From the NCBI RefSeq assembly GCF_009914755.1, contig NC_060939.1: a stretch of DNA of 64,000 nucleotides. One strand, written 5' to 3'. The stretch comes from the human T2T-CHM13v2.0 reference genome, Homo sapiens. Below are positions 26,930 through 41,136 of this stretch, piece after piece. Position 1 is the first letter of the stretch; each line of letters starts with the position of its first letter. A program made the translations under genes and the position numbers. The notes beneath the pieces were generated by a model. The model saw only the letters and a list, made by a program, of their open reading frames with translations, did no database searches and was not told the origin of the DNA.

Positions 26930-27076
26930 AAAAGACCTATGAGTCTTTTCAAATAAATGCGAAAAGAAATATGAATTTAAAAGACTTATGAGTCTTTGTA
27001 AATAAATGTGAAAATAAATGTGAATTTAAAAGACTTATGAGAGCTTGCAAATAAATGTGAAAATCTGATTGAATTT
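26930..27076. repeat. 49-bp minisatellite, 3 copies
   Basis: Units start at 26930, 26979 and 27028: aaaagacttatgagtctttgtaaataaatgtgaaaataaatgtgaattt. Confidence 0.92.
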
Positions 27077-28274
27077 GACAATATTCTAAAAAAATATAAT
27101 TTTCCAAATCACTCCAAAAGAGATAGAAATTCTAAACAGATAACTACTGTAGACAAGACTGTAAGAACATTATCTAAGAGCTACCACCTGAAATAGCACC
27201 AGGTCCACATAATTTTATAGGGGAATTTTATGAAAACTTTAAGGCATATATTATTTTGATTTTATATAAACTGTCCCACAGAATACAAAAAGAAGGAAGG
27301 ATCCCTTATTTATGTTTCTAAAGCAAATATAACATTGGTAGCAAAACAAATATTATCCCAAAAAAGAACACTGCAGAACCATGTCTCTTACAAAGATCAA
27401 TGTGCATATCTAAATAAAGCATTAGTAAATAGAATCTAGTAGCATATTAAAAAACAGTTTAACATGACAAGTGGCATTTATTCCAGGAAAATATGGATGA
27501 AATTGAATCTGTTAATATGATTCATCATATTAATATATCCACGGAAGAAAAAACATTTTATTATCCTCATGGGTGACAAAGGGCTATTGCTAAATTCAGT
27601 ATCCAACTTGTACTTTAGAAAAATAAATTTTTATGTGTGAAAATAAATTTATATTTATGGAATAGATGAATATTCCAAAAATATATCTATTCTAATCCAA
27701 ATTTTTCATTCTGTTTAGTGGGATAATACTAGAAGCATATGCACTAATGTCAGAAATAAAGATATTTTAAAAAAGACCATATTACTTTGTATTATTCTAA
27801 GAGTACTAACCAATGCAATTAGATAAGAAAAATAAATTAAAAGTAAAAAAGTTAGAATGACAGGGATAAAATTGTCTCTATTTCCAGATAGTATGGTTAT
27901 ATACTTGGAAACCCCACAAAAAAGACTAGAAGTTACTATAAACAAAAGAAAATATAGTAAGACAGTGTTATACAAAATTAACAATCAAATTTATTGCTTT
28001 CATATTAAGAGGGATAATGGAGAGAAAGACACTAGGTGGAAACAATAACCCCAAAAATTAATTGCATACCTAGGAATAATTTTTTTTAATGAGCAAGGTA
28101 TTTATGCAGAAAACCTGAAAATGCTTCTGAGAGGCACAAAATATGAATTAAGTAGCTTGAAATACATACTGTGTTCTTGGATAAGAAGATTCAACATCAT
28201 AAGGATATTAACACTTCCTAAGATAATCAATAAATTTAACATCATTCTAACAAAAATATCATGAGGAAAGCTAA

Positions 28275-28694
<420 letters not shown>

Positions 28695-29196
28695 TGATGC
28701 TAACATATGCCAGAAAGAAAACACATCAAAAATTCAGTAATAGACCTAGTACACAAGAGTTAGGCATGCTATAAAAGTAATATCCCAAATCAGTGAAAAA
28801 GAGGACAGGCTTTTAAATAAATGGGTAAAGTCAGTAATCATCTAGAGAAAAATATATTTGGACTTATATTTTACATCCCACACCAGGATAAAATCCAAAT
28901 GAATCTAAGATTTAAATGTAAAACATTAACTCTATAATGATGGTGTGCTTTATATCTAAGGCATAAACCTCAGTGATGGAGGAAAAAGTGATAAACTCAA
29001 TTACATGAAAATAAAATATTTTTCATGGCAAAAATACCAGAAAAATAATCATGGGACAAAGGACAAATTGGGAAAAGAATACATAAAACTCATTTCACAG
29101 ACAAATACTTATTTTCCCTAATATAGAAATATACAAGTTAATTTTTGTAATAGACAACCCAATAGAAGAAAATGGGTAAAAAAATTATGAACCAGA

Positions 29197-29519
<323 letters not shown>

Positions 29520-30322
29520 TCATAAGCTCTTAAACATGAAAATATGTTGACCCTACTTATAACAAGAGAAGTTAAAATTAGAACCAATATTGATGTACCC
29601 ATTTTTCATATAATCTCATCAAAGATCATAAACTTTGATAAAACATTGTGTTGGTGACAGTGGGGGAAATCAGACACTCTTACACTTGTTTGTCTCAGGG
29701 TAAATTGTTATAAATTCTAAAGAAGGCAATTTGCAATATTTATCAAATTACAAATGCAGATACCTTTTGATTTAGCAATTCTATTTCTAGAAACAGATTC
29801 TATATTCTCTAACATGTGAAATAACATATGTACACAGTTTTTTTGCTGCATTTTCTTTACTAGAAAAATATTGAAAATCCTAAATGTCCATTAGAGTCTC
29901 TTCATATAAATTTTGGAACATCAATATAACAAAATACCATTCAGCCATTAAAAAGAACGAGAAAGTACTTTTTTAAAACTAATCTAGAAAGATCTCCAAG
30001 ATATATTGTTGAGAACGCTGAAGAACATTATGTAAATTATGCTACCACCTATATAATTATTTTTCTCACTATGTAAAAGGTGTGGAAATATAATTCCTTG
30101 TATCTGCATAAATATCTCAAGAATAAAAAATAGAAGGAACTCTGTGGTTGGTTCAGTAATATGAGAAGGAATTTTGAATCATATTAATCTATTTTTTAAT
30201 GCTATGCATTAAGTATCTCATCTGGTCTTGGTGGAAATCAGGACACTAAAAGTTTATCATTTTCTTAAAAGTACATATAATTTGAAATTAAAACTAAGAA
30301 TAAAATTTTATCACTTCCACAC

Positions 30323-30366
30323 CTGAGTTATTTCTGTCTTCTGATCCAGGTCATCATGTACTTCAC
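30323..30366 (-). CDS. ATP8B4: ATP8B4 small coding exon (probably exon 14)
   Basis: 44 nt, phase 1-0. Acceptor ttttgtcag|GT, donor CAG|gtgtgg. Encodes (G)EVHDDLDQKTEITQ and is required to keep frame between the neighbouring exons. Confidence 0.93.
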
Positions 30367-31295
30367 CTGACAAAACAAAAATTGAGAATTAAAAGTAAGT
30401 GAAACCGAAATTAGAATTAGACATTTAGCTTTAAGGAATACACTTATTATTTATTACATCACCATTACTAAATGGCATTATGAATTTAAACAGGCGAATG
30501 GTTTTAGGAGTGCTTTCAAATTGTAACCATAAACATGGCAATTATGCAGTGAGACATTCGTGTTTGCCCAAGATAGGACTAAAGTGCAGTAGGCATTAAA
30601 ACAAAAAATGAAGCAATTATGTTTTTCTGTAAATGTTATCATTCTGTTATTACATTATCTATGATATTTGCAAGAGGCAAATTTCTATCTTCCACATCAT
30701 TCCCACTGTTGAGAAATCCAAAATGATATCCTTGCCAGGCCAATTCTTCCCAATGCAGAACTTTGCCTATCTTGGTTTGGGCCAGACACATCTGTGTAAT
30801 ATCAAGATCAAATTAGCATGTAAGCCTTAAACAATGCCAGTACTTTCTGCAGTCAGAAAACATAGCCACCCATATGCCAGAAATTTAAAATAACTTTTTT
30901 CTTAGTACAAAGCTAATATGTACTTATTATAGATCTAATAGAAAATAAGGGACATTTACAATAGAAAATAAAAATCACTTCCCTTCATCCAGAAATAACT
31001 AGTATTTGTAGAATGATTTTATTGTGTATTTTTATATACACATATATTCACCATATTGTTCATAATCTTCTTGTTTTTACAGTTTTTAACCATGTAAAGT
31101 ATGAGAATTTCTCCTATCAAATTGTTGTGAATCTTATTTTGAATCGTTGTATAGTAGCCCATGATTATAGATGTAGCATAATTTATTTTCCCTTTCCCTA
31201 TTGTGAGTCATTAATTTTTTTAATTTTTACTTGGCATTGGAAGGTTTCATACTATTTGCCAGGATTAAATTTCTTATAATAATAATGAGTTACTT

Positions 31296-32264
31296 AAAGA
31301 AACTACCATCAGAGTGAACAGACAACCTACAGAATGAGAGAAAATTTTTGCAATCTATCCATCTGACAAAGGTCTAATATCCAGAATCTACAAGGAACTT
31401 AAACAAATTTACAAGAGAAAAAACCCGACAACCGCCATTAAAATGTGGGCAAAGGACATGAACAGACACTTCTCAAAAGAAGAATAAATGGGGACAACAA
31501 AAATATGAAAAAAAGCTTAACATTACTGATCATTGTAGAGAAATGCAAATCAAAACCACAATGAGAAACCACCTCACGCCAGTCAGAATGGCTATTACTA
31601 AAAGGTCAAAAAATAACAGGTGCTGGCAAGGTTGTGGAGAGAAAGAAACTCTTACAGTGGGACTGGAAATTAGTTCAACCATTGTGGAAGACAGTGTGGC
31701 GATTCCTCAAGGACCTAAAGGCAGAAATAACATTAGATCCAGCATTCCAATTACTGGGTATATATCAAAGGAATATAAATCATTCTATTATAAAGATACA
31801 CACACATACGTTCATTGCAACACTAATCACAATAGAAAAGACACGGAATTAGCCTAATGCCCATCAGTGATAGACTGGGTAAAGAAAATGTGGTACATAT
31901 ACACTATGGAATACTATGCAGCCATGAAAAGGAATGAGGTCATGTCCTTTGCCGGGACATGGATAGAGCTGGAATCCATCATCCTCAGCAAACTAACACA
32001 GGAACAGGAAACCAAACACTGCATGTTCTCACTTATAAGTGGGAGCTGAATGATGAGAACACATGGACACATGCGGGATACAGCACACACTGGGGCCTGT
32101 TGATGTGGGAAGGGAGAGCATCAAGAATAGCTAAAGGATGCTGGGCTTAATACCTAGGTGATGGGATGATCTGTCTAGGAAACCACCATGGCACACGTTT
32201 ACCTATGCAACAAACCTGTACATCCTGAACATGTACCCCTGAACTTAAAAGTTGAAAAAAAAAA
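31296..32264 (+). mobile_element. 5'-truncated L1 3' end (L1PA12/L1PREC2-like)
   Basis: ORF2 C-terminus ([17 protein letters not shown]), 3' UTR ggatgctgggcttaatacctaggtgatggg, A tail, TSD agttactt (31288-95 / 32265-72). Confidence 0.92.
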
Positions 32265-34159
32265 AGTTACTTGAATCAACCTGTGCCAGGCTCTTAAATT
32301 ATCACTGATCCTTATAATAAACTTGCAAAGTGAAGATTTTCATTTCTGTTTTATGGATAAGGGAACCAAAGAATGGTTCAAAATGACATGACTAAATGAA
32401 AACTAAAGTAAGCATAGTGGGTTTTTAAATCTAAGTTCTCTCTCTCTTCTTTATACAATGCTATGAGCACCAACCACTTGACAAGCAGTTCTATTTGTTG
32501 TTTCTCTGGGGTGCTGGTCTGAATCTGGAATGCTGTATGGCTGCTGTGTGGGAGGAGTCCCTGAGCTAGTGAGTGAATCTGGCCTAGCACCTGGAATTTA
32601 AATCTCAAATTCACTGTGTTATGCTCTAGTGGTTACCCTGTATGCAGTCACTGTAATAAAATGATGGAAAAGAGAAAAAGAAAAAAAAAACTGTGTCTTT
32701 GTGTTAAATGGTCTGCCTCCTCCCTACAGTAAAAGCCCATTTACAGGGCTGTTGATGAAAGTGAAGAAAAATTGCCTAAGAAGATAATATTTCTTAGCCA
32801 GGAAATAGAAGATTTAGATAAACTAAAGTCAAATGTTAAATTTTCCCAAGGCCTACATCTGTGATATTAATACCCCCAACTTGTATGAAAACAAGGAAAA
32901 ATGATTCTGAAACATTGAGTGCTTTACTAAGAATTTATTTTAATGATGTTATAAATGCATTATAAATCATAACAGCATATAAATTAAGAGTCTAAAGGGA
33001 TTACTTAAACCTTTAAGTTACTTTCCTGCATTTCACGAGAGGAATTACAAGCTATCATGGGATTTGTGAATTTGGAGATTTGCAAAAATCTTGTGAAAGT
33101 CAAGAGCCTTCTCCAAAAATAGGACATTTATCACAAAATGTGATAAACATTTCAACAAATGAATCCTGGTCCACATGTCTGATAAGTCCTTTAAGATTGC
33201 TTCCTAGAAGTGATTGTATTATTAGATCAATATGTGGCAAAAAAAATCCAAAAGGTCCCCAAAACTCAAAATATTTTCAATATTCTGATTAAAAGTTTCC
33301 CATTTAAACTATGTTTTGGGTTAAAGCAATATTTTTAGAAAGCCTCTGAAAATAATGTCCAATGGGAACTTTTTAAGGAAAGGTTCTATGTTATTTACCA
33401 GTCATTATGATACTGATATAAGATTAATACATTGATATAACAATGCAACTGTGGGCTTGTGGAAGTCCAGGTTGGAAATCATCTTGTCTACTGCCAGAGA
33501 AGGCAGGAGGGGAAGCTGGGAGTGGAAGACAGCTGAGGAAACCATAATGCCCATGGGTTATAGGGGTGTGGGTAACCAAAGGAGGTCAAAAAGTAGGAGA
33601 TTGCAAACATCAACTTCTTCTTAGTTTTGTTCAGGGTCAAATCTTGCTTTAAAATACTTGGCAATGTGTGAAGTTTCCCATCAGGGGACAAAGGAAAAGT
33701 TTCCCCTTTTTCTTGGATTTCCTTTACTTCCTGAGATTTCTGTATTGAGAAAGTGGACACTCAGAATCCCATGAAGGGACATTGGGAGACCAGAGGAATC
33801 CACAGAAAGTTCCGCAGATCCTCTGTGCTCTCAGCAGAAGGAACAATCTGCAAAACGGCCAGCGTTGGGGTGACAAGGGTCACATATAAACAGAATGCTT
33901 GAAAAGCCAAATGTAGAGCATGTATTCTGATAAAAGCACGCAAACAAGAAGTGGGTATTAATGAAACAGCTTATCTGGCCATTCAAGGCAGCCCCGTAAA
34001 TGAATAGTAGATTCCCAAAACCATGTGCACTTACATAAACCCCAGAGCTGATAGGAATCAAGTATAAAATGCTGCCCTTACTGACATAACTCAGGCTACC
34101 AAGAACTTGCCCTCCCTAGGATATGGTTCTATTCAGCACTACAAAACAGAATCACACAG

Positions 34160-37100
34160 CTGGGGGGACCTGGGCAAGATGGACAAATAGGAACAGCTCT
34201 GGTCCGTAGCTCCCAATGAGATCAACACAGAAGGGAGGCAATTCTGCATTTCCAACTAAGGTAACTGGCTAATCTCATTGGGACTGGTTAGACAGTGGGT
34301 GCAGCCCATGAAGGGCAAGCAGAAATAGGGTGGGGTGTCACCTCACCGGGGAAGTGCAAGGAGTCAGGGAACTCCCTCCCCTAGCAAAGGGAAGCCTTGA
34401 GGGACTGTGCCATGAAGAACGGTGCATTCCAGCCCAGATACTAGGCTTTTCCCATGGTCTTCACATCCCGCAGAGCAGGAGATTCCCGCAGGTGCCTACA
34501 CCACCAGGGCCCTGGGTTTCAAGCACAAAACTGGGCAGCCATTTGGGCAGGCCCCAAGCTAGCTGCAGGAGTTTTTTTTCATACCCCAGTGGCACCTGGA
34601 ATGCCAGTGAGACAGAACCATTCACACCCCTGGAAAGGGGACTGAAGTCAGGGAGCCAAGTGGTCTAACTCAGCAGATCCCACCCCCATGGAGCCCAGCA
34701 AGCTAAGATCCACTGGCTTGAAATTCTCACTGCCAGCACAGCAGTCTGAAGTTGACCTGGGACGCTCGAACTTGGTGGTGGGAGGGGCATCCACCATTAC
34801 GGAGGCTTGAGTAGGCAGTTTTCCCCTCACGGTGTAAACAAAGCCAGGATGTTCAAACCAGGCGGAGCCCACTGCAGCTCAGCAAAGCCTCTGTAGCCAG
34901 ACTGCCTTTCTAGATTCCTCCTCTCTGGGCAGGAAATCTCTGAAAGAAAGGCAGCGGCCCCAGTCAGGGGCTTATAGATAAAACTCCCATCTCCCTGGGA
35001 CAGCGCACCTGGGGGAAGGGGTGGCTGTGCGCGCAGCGTCAGCAGAATTATATGTTCCTGCCTGCCGGCTCTGAAGAGAGCAGCAGATCTCCCAGCACAG
35101 CACTCCAGCTCTGCTAAGGGACAGACTGCTTCCTCAAGTGGGTCCCTGACCCCTGTGTATCCTGACTGGGAGACATCTCCCAGCGGAGGTCGACAGACAC
35201 CTTATATAGGAGAGTCCTGGCTGACATCTGGCAAGTGCCCCTCTGGGACAAAGCTTCCAGAGGAAAGAACAGGCAGCAATTTTTGCTGTTCTGCAGCCTC
35301 CGCTGGTGATACTCAGGCAAACAGGGTCTGGAGTGGACCTCCAGCAAACTCCAGCAGACCTGCAGCTGAGGGGCCTGACTGTTAGAAGGAAAACTAACAA
35401 ACAGAAGTGAATAGCATCAACATCAACAAAAAGGACATCCACACAAAACGCCATCTGAAGGTCACCCACAACAAAGACCAAAGGTAGATAAATCCATGAA
35501 GATGAGGAAAAACCAGTGCAAAAAAGCTGAAAATGCCAAAAACCAGAACGCCTCTTCTCCTGCAAAGGATCACAACTGCTCACCAGCAAGGGAACAAAAC
35601 TGGACAGAGAATGAGTTTGACAAACTGACAGAAGTAGGCTTCAGAAGGTGGGTAAAAACAAACTCCTCCCAGCTAAAGGAACATGTTCTAACCCAATGCA
35701 AGGAAGCTAAGAACTTTGTAAAAAGGTTAGACAAATTGCTAGCTAGAATAACCAGTTGGGAGAAGAACATAAGTGACCTGATGGAGCTGAAAAACACAGC
35801 ACAAGAACTTCGTGAAGCATACACAGGAATCAATAGCTGAATCGATCAAGTGGAAGAAAGGATATCAGAGAGATTGAAGATCAACTTAATGAAATAAAGC
35901 ATGAAGAAAAGATTAGAGAAAAAAGAATGAAAAGGAACGAATAAAGCCTCCAAGAAATATGCGACTATGTGAAAAGACCAAACCTACGTTTCATTGGTGT
36001 ACCTGAAAGTGATGGGGAGAATGGAACCAAGTTGGAAAACACCCTTCAGGATATTATCCAGGAGAACTTCCCCAACCTAGTGAGGCAGGCCAACATTCAA
36101 ATTCAGAAAATACAGAGAACACCACAAAGATACTCCTTGAGAAGAGCAACTCCAAGACACATACTCATCAGATTCATCAAGGTTGAAATGAAGGAAAAAA
36201 TGTTAAGCACAGCCAGAGAAAAAGGTCAGGTTACCCACAAAGGGAAGCCCATCAGACTAACAGTGGATCTCTCTGCAGAAACTCTACAAGCCAGAAGAGA
36301 GTGAGGGTCAATATTCAACAGTCTTAAAGTAAAGAATTTTCAACCCAGAATTTCATATCCAGCCAAACTAAGCTTCATAAGTGAAGGAGAAATAAACGCC
36401 TTTACAGACAAGGAAATGTTGAGAGATTTTTGTCACCACCAGGCCTGCCTTACAAGAGCTCCTGAAAGAAGCACTAAATATGGAAAGGAAAAACCCATAC
36501 CAGCCACTGCAAAAACATACCAAATTGTAAAGACCATTGACACTATGAAGAAACTGCATCAACTAATGGGCAAAATGACCAGCTAGCATCATAATGACAG
36601 GATCAAATTCACACATAACAATATTAACCTTAAATGTAAATGGGCTAAATGCCCCAATTAAAAGACACACTGGCAAACTGCATAAAGAGTCAAGACCCAC
36701 TGGTGTGCTGTATTCAGGAGAGCCATCTCATGTGCAAAGACACACATAGGCTCAAAATAAAGGGATGGAGGAATATTTACCAAACAAATGGAAAGCAAAA
36801 AAAAGCAGGGGTTGCAATCCTAGTCTCTGAAAAAACAGACTTTAAACCAACAAAGACCAAAAGAGACAAAGAAGGGCATTACATAATGGTAAAGGGATCA
36901 ATGCAACAAGAAGAGTTAACTATCCTAAATATATATGCATCCAATACAGGAGCACCCAGATTCATAAAGCAAGTTCTTAGAGACGTACAAACAGACTTAG
37001 ACTCCCACACAATTATAGTGGGAGACTTTAACACCTCATTGTCAATATTAGACAGATCAACGAGACAGAAAATTAACAAGGATATTCAGCACTTGAACTC

Positions 37101-40100
37101 AACTCTGGACCAAGCGGACCTAATAGACATCTACAGAACTCTCCACCCCAAATCAACAGAATATACATTCTTCTCAGCACCACATTGCATTTATTCTAAA
37201 CCTGACCACATAATTGGAAGTAAAACACTCCTCAGCAAATGCAAAAGAATGGAAATCACAACAAACAGTCTCTCAGACCACAGTGTAATCAAAGTAGAAC
37301 TCAGGGTTAAGAAATTCACTCAAAACCACACAACTACATGGAAACTGAACAACTTGCTCCTGAATGACTACTAGGTAAATAACGAAATAAAGGCAGAAAT
37401 AAGTAAGTTCTTTGAAACCAATGAGAACAAAGAAACGATGTACCAGAATCTCTGGGACACAGATAAAGCAGTGTTTAGAGGGAAATTTATAGCAACAAAT
37501 GCCTACAGGAGAAAGATGGAAAGATCTAAAATTGACATCCTAACATCACAATTAAAATAACTAGAGAATAAAGAGCAAACAAATTCAAAAGCTAGCAGAA
37601 GACAAGAAATAACTAACATCAGAACAGAATGGAAGGAGATAGAGACACGAAAAACCCTTCAAAAAATCAATGAGTCCAGGAGCTGGTTTTTTGAAAAGAT
37701 TAACAAAATAGACAGACCACTAGCCAGAATAATAAAGAAGGAAAGAGAGAAGAATCAAATAGACACAATAAAAAATTATGAAGGGGATATCACCACTGAT
37801 CACACAGAAATAAAACTACCATGAGATAATACTATAAACACCTCTATGCAAATAAACTAGAAAATCTAGAAGAAATGGATACATTCCTGGACACATCAAC
37901 CTCCCAAGACTAAACCAGGAAGAAGTCAAATGCCTGAATAGACCAATAACAAGTTCTGAAATTGAGGCAGTAATTAATAGCCTACCAACAAAAAAAGCCC
38001 AAGACCAGAGAGATTCACAGCTGAAATGTACCAGAAATACAAAGAGGAGCTGGTACCATTCCTTCTGAAACTATTCCAAACAATAGAAATGGAGAAACTC
38101 CTCCCTAACTCATTTTATCAGGCCAGCCTCATCCTGATACCAAAACTGGGAAGAGACACAACAAAAAAAGAAAATTTCAGACCAATATCCCTGATGAACA
38201 TCAGTGCGAAAATCCTCAATAAAATACTGGCAAACCAAATCCAGCAGCACTTCAAAAAGCTTATCCACCACGATCAAGTTGGCTTCATCCCTGGGATGTA
38301 AGGTGGTTCAACATATGCAAACCAATAAATATAATCCATCACATAAACAGAACCAATGATAAAAACCACATGATTATCTCAATAGATGCAGAAAAGGCCT
38401 TTGATAAAATTCAGCACCCCTTCATGCTAAAAACTCTCAATAAACTAGGTATTGAGGGAATGTATCTCAAAATAATAAGAGCTATTTATGACAAACCCAC
38501 AGCCAATATCATACTGAATGGGCAAAAGCTGGAAGCATTCCCTTTGAAAACCAGCACAAGACAAGGATGCTCTCTCTCGCCACTTCTGTTCAACATAGTA
38601 TTGGAAGTTCTGACCAGGGCAATCAGGCAAGAGAACGAAATAAAGGGTATTCAGATAGGAAGAGAGGAAATCAAATTGTCTCTGTTTGCAGATGACATGA
38701 TTGCATATTTAGAAAACCCCATCGTCTCAGCCTCAAATCCCCTTAAGCTGATAAGCAACTTCAGCAAAGTCTCAGGATACAAAATCAGTGTGCAAAAATC
38801 AAAAGCATTCCTATACACCAATAATAGACAAACAGAGAGCCAAATGATGAGTGAACTCCCATTCACAATAGCTACAAAGAGAATAAAATACCTAGAAATA
38901 CAGCGAACAAGGAATGCGAAGGACCTTTTCAAGGAGAGCTACAAACCACTGTTCTAGAACATGAGAGAGGACACAAACAATGGGAAAACATCCCATGCTC
39001 ATGGATAGGAAGAATCAATATTGTGAAAATGGCCATACTTCCCAAAGTAATTTATAGATTCAGTGCTATCCCCATCAAGCTACCATTGACTTTCTTCACA
39101 GAATTAGAAAAAACTACTTTAAATTTCATATGGAACCAAAAAAGAGCCCATATAGCCAAGACAATCCTAAGCAAAAAGAACAAAGCTGGAGGCATTACAC
39201 TACCTGACTTCAAACTATACTACAAGGCTACAGCAACCAAAACAGCATGTACTGCTACCAAAAGAGATATATAGACCAACTGAACAGAACAGAGGCCTCA
39301 GAAATAACGCCACACACCTACAACCCATCTGATCCTTGACAAACCTTCAAAAACAAGCAATGGAGAAAGGATTCCCTGTTTAATAAATGGTATTGGGAAA
39401 ACTGGCTAGCCATATGCAGAAAACTGTAACTGGACCCCTTCCTTACAACTTATACAAAAATTAACTCAAGATGGACTAAAAAGTTAAACATAAGACCTAA
39501 AACCATAAAAACCTAGAAGAAAACCTAGGCAATGCCATTCAGGACATAGGCATGGGCAAAGACTTCATGACTAAAACACCAAAAGCAATGGCAACGAAAG
39601 CCAAAATTGACAAATGGGACCTAATTAAACTAAAGAGCTTCTGCACAGCAAAAGAAACTATCATCAGAGTGAACAGGCAACCTACAGAATGGGAGAAAAT
39701 ATTTTCAATCTATCCATCTGACAAAGGACTAATATCCAGAATCTACAAAGAACTTAAACAAATTTACAAGATAAAAACAAACAACCCCATCAAAAAGTGG
39801 GCAAAGGATATGAACAGACACTTCTCAAAAGAAGACATTTATGTGGCCAGCAAACATATGAAAAAAAGCTCATCATCACTGGTCATTAGAGAAATGCAAA
39901 TCAAAACCACAGTGAGACATCATCTCAGGCCAGTTAGAATGGCAATCATTAAAAAGTCAGGAAAAAAACACATGCTGGAGAGGATGTAGAGAAATAGGAA
40001 CACTTTTACACTGTTGGTGGGAATGTGAATTAGTTCAACCATTGTGGAAGACAGTGTGGCAATTCCTCAAGGATCTAAACCAGAAATACCATTTGACCCA

Positions 40101-40628
40101 GCAATTCCATTACTGGGTATATACCCAAAGGATTACAAATCATTCTACTGTAAAGACACATGCACACATATGTTTACTGCAGCACTATTCACAATACCAA
40201 AGACTTGGAACCTACCCAAATGCCCATCAGTGATAGACTGGATAAAGAAAATATGGCACATATACACCATGAAATACTATTGCAGCCATAAAAAAGGATG
40301 AATTCATGTCCTTTGCAGAGACATGGGTGAGGCTGGAAACCATCATTCTCAGCAAACTAACACAGGAACAGAAAACCAAACACCGCATATTCTCACTCGT
40401 AAGTGGGAACTGAACAATGAGAACACATGAACACAGGGAGGGGAACATCACACACCAGGGAGTGTTGGGACGTGGGAGGCTAGGGGAGGGATGGCATTAG
40501 GAGAAATACCTAATGTAGACGACGGGTTGATGGGTACAGCAAACCACCATGGTACATGTATACCTATGTAACAAACTTGCACGTTCTGCACATGTATCCC
40601 AAAACTTAAAGTATAATAATAATAATAA
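34160..40628 (+). mobile_element. Full-length, inactivated L1PA7-like LINE-1, antisense to ATP8B4
   Basis: ~6.47 kb; 5' UTR ggcaagatggacaaataggaacagctc; ORF1 from ~35496 and ORF2 from 36594 (EN, RT with LFADDMI), both broken by stops/frameshifts; (TAA)n tail; 12-bp TSD agaatcacacag at 34148-34159 and 40629-40640. Confidence 0.97.
34648..34797 (-). other. L1 ORF0-like antisense ORF (49 aa)
   Basis: MVDAPPTTKFERPRSTSDCCAGSENFKPVDLSLLGSMGVGSAELDHLAP* resembles the recalled L1HS ORF0 N-terminus (MAGAPPP...SDCCAS...GVGPSE); Kozak context GTAATGG. Confidence 0.7.
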
Positions 40629-40927
40629 AGAATCACACAGAGCACTGAAACGAACTTCAGAGAGTATCATATCTAACCCTTTTCTCTATCCATGAATGGC
40701 AATAAATCCAAAGTTTCATCTAAATTACTCAACATTTATCCAATACATATTTAGTGAGAATTTATCATCTGCCAAGCATATCAGCATCTATATGGTAGAT
40801 GCTGACGGTGCCCATATTAATAAGAAAGCCAGCGACTGTTTTGGATTTTTAAATTTTTTTTTAATGGGGTCAGTTATTCAAGAAATTGTTAACAATATCG
40901 TTAAGAGAAAGGAACTGTTTCTCTTAC

Positions 40928-41136
40928 CATAGATTCTCCCATTAATGGAACATCTTTTAAAGGTCATGATGTTTTGAGTGAGGGTACCCGTTTTGTCGGA
41001 GAAAATGTACTCAATCTGCCCCAGTTCCTCATTGAGCGTGGTCGTTCGAGCCACTGCAGGTATTGCTTTTCGAGAATAATACATCTTCCGGTCCCAGTTT
41101 ATAAAATAACTGTGTCCTAGACGAATTACTTCCACA
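40928..41136 (-). CDS. ATP8B4: ATP8B4 coding exon (probably exon 13), phosphorylation site DKTGT
   Basis: 209 nt, phase 2-1. Acceptor gatag|T, donor TATG|gtaaga. Encodes [69 protein letters not shown](G); DKTGT at 40983-40997. Confidence 0.98.

Noticed and set aside
26930-27076. Palindromic repeats resembling a CRISPR array
   Set aside because: Units are contiguous with no unique spacers, sit within L1, and no cas genes are present.
35496-40412. Retrotransposition-competent L1
   Set aside because: ORF1 stops at 35840 and 36304; ORF2 is split into several fragments by stops and frameshifts.
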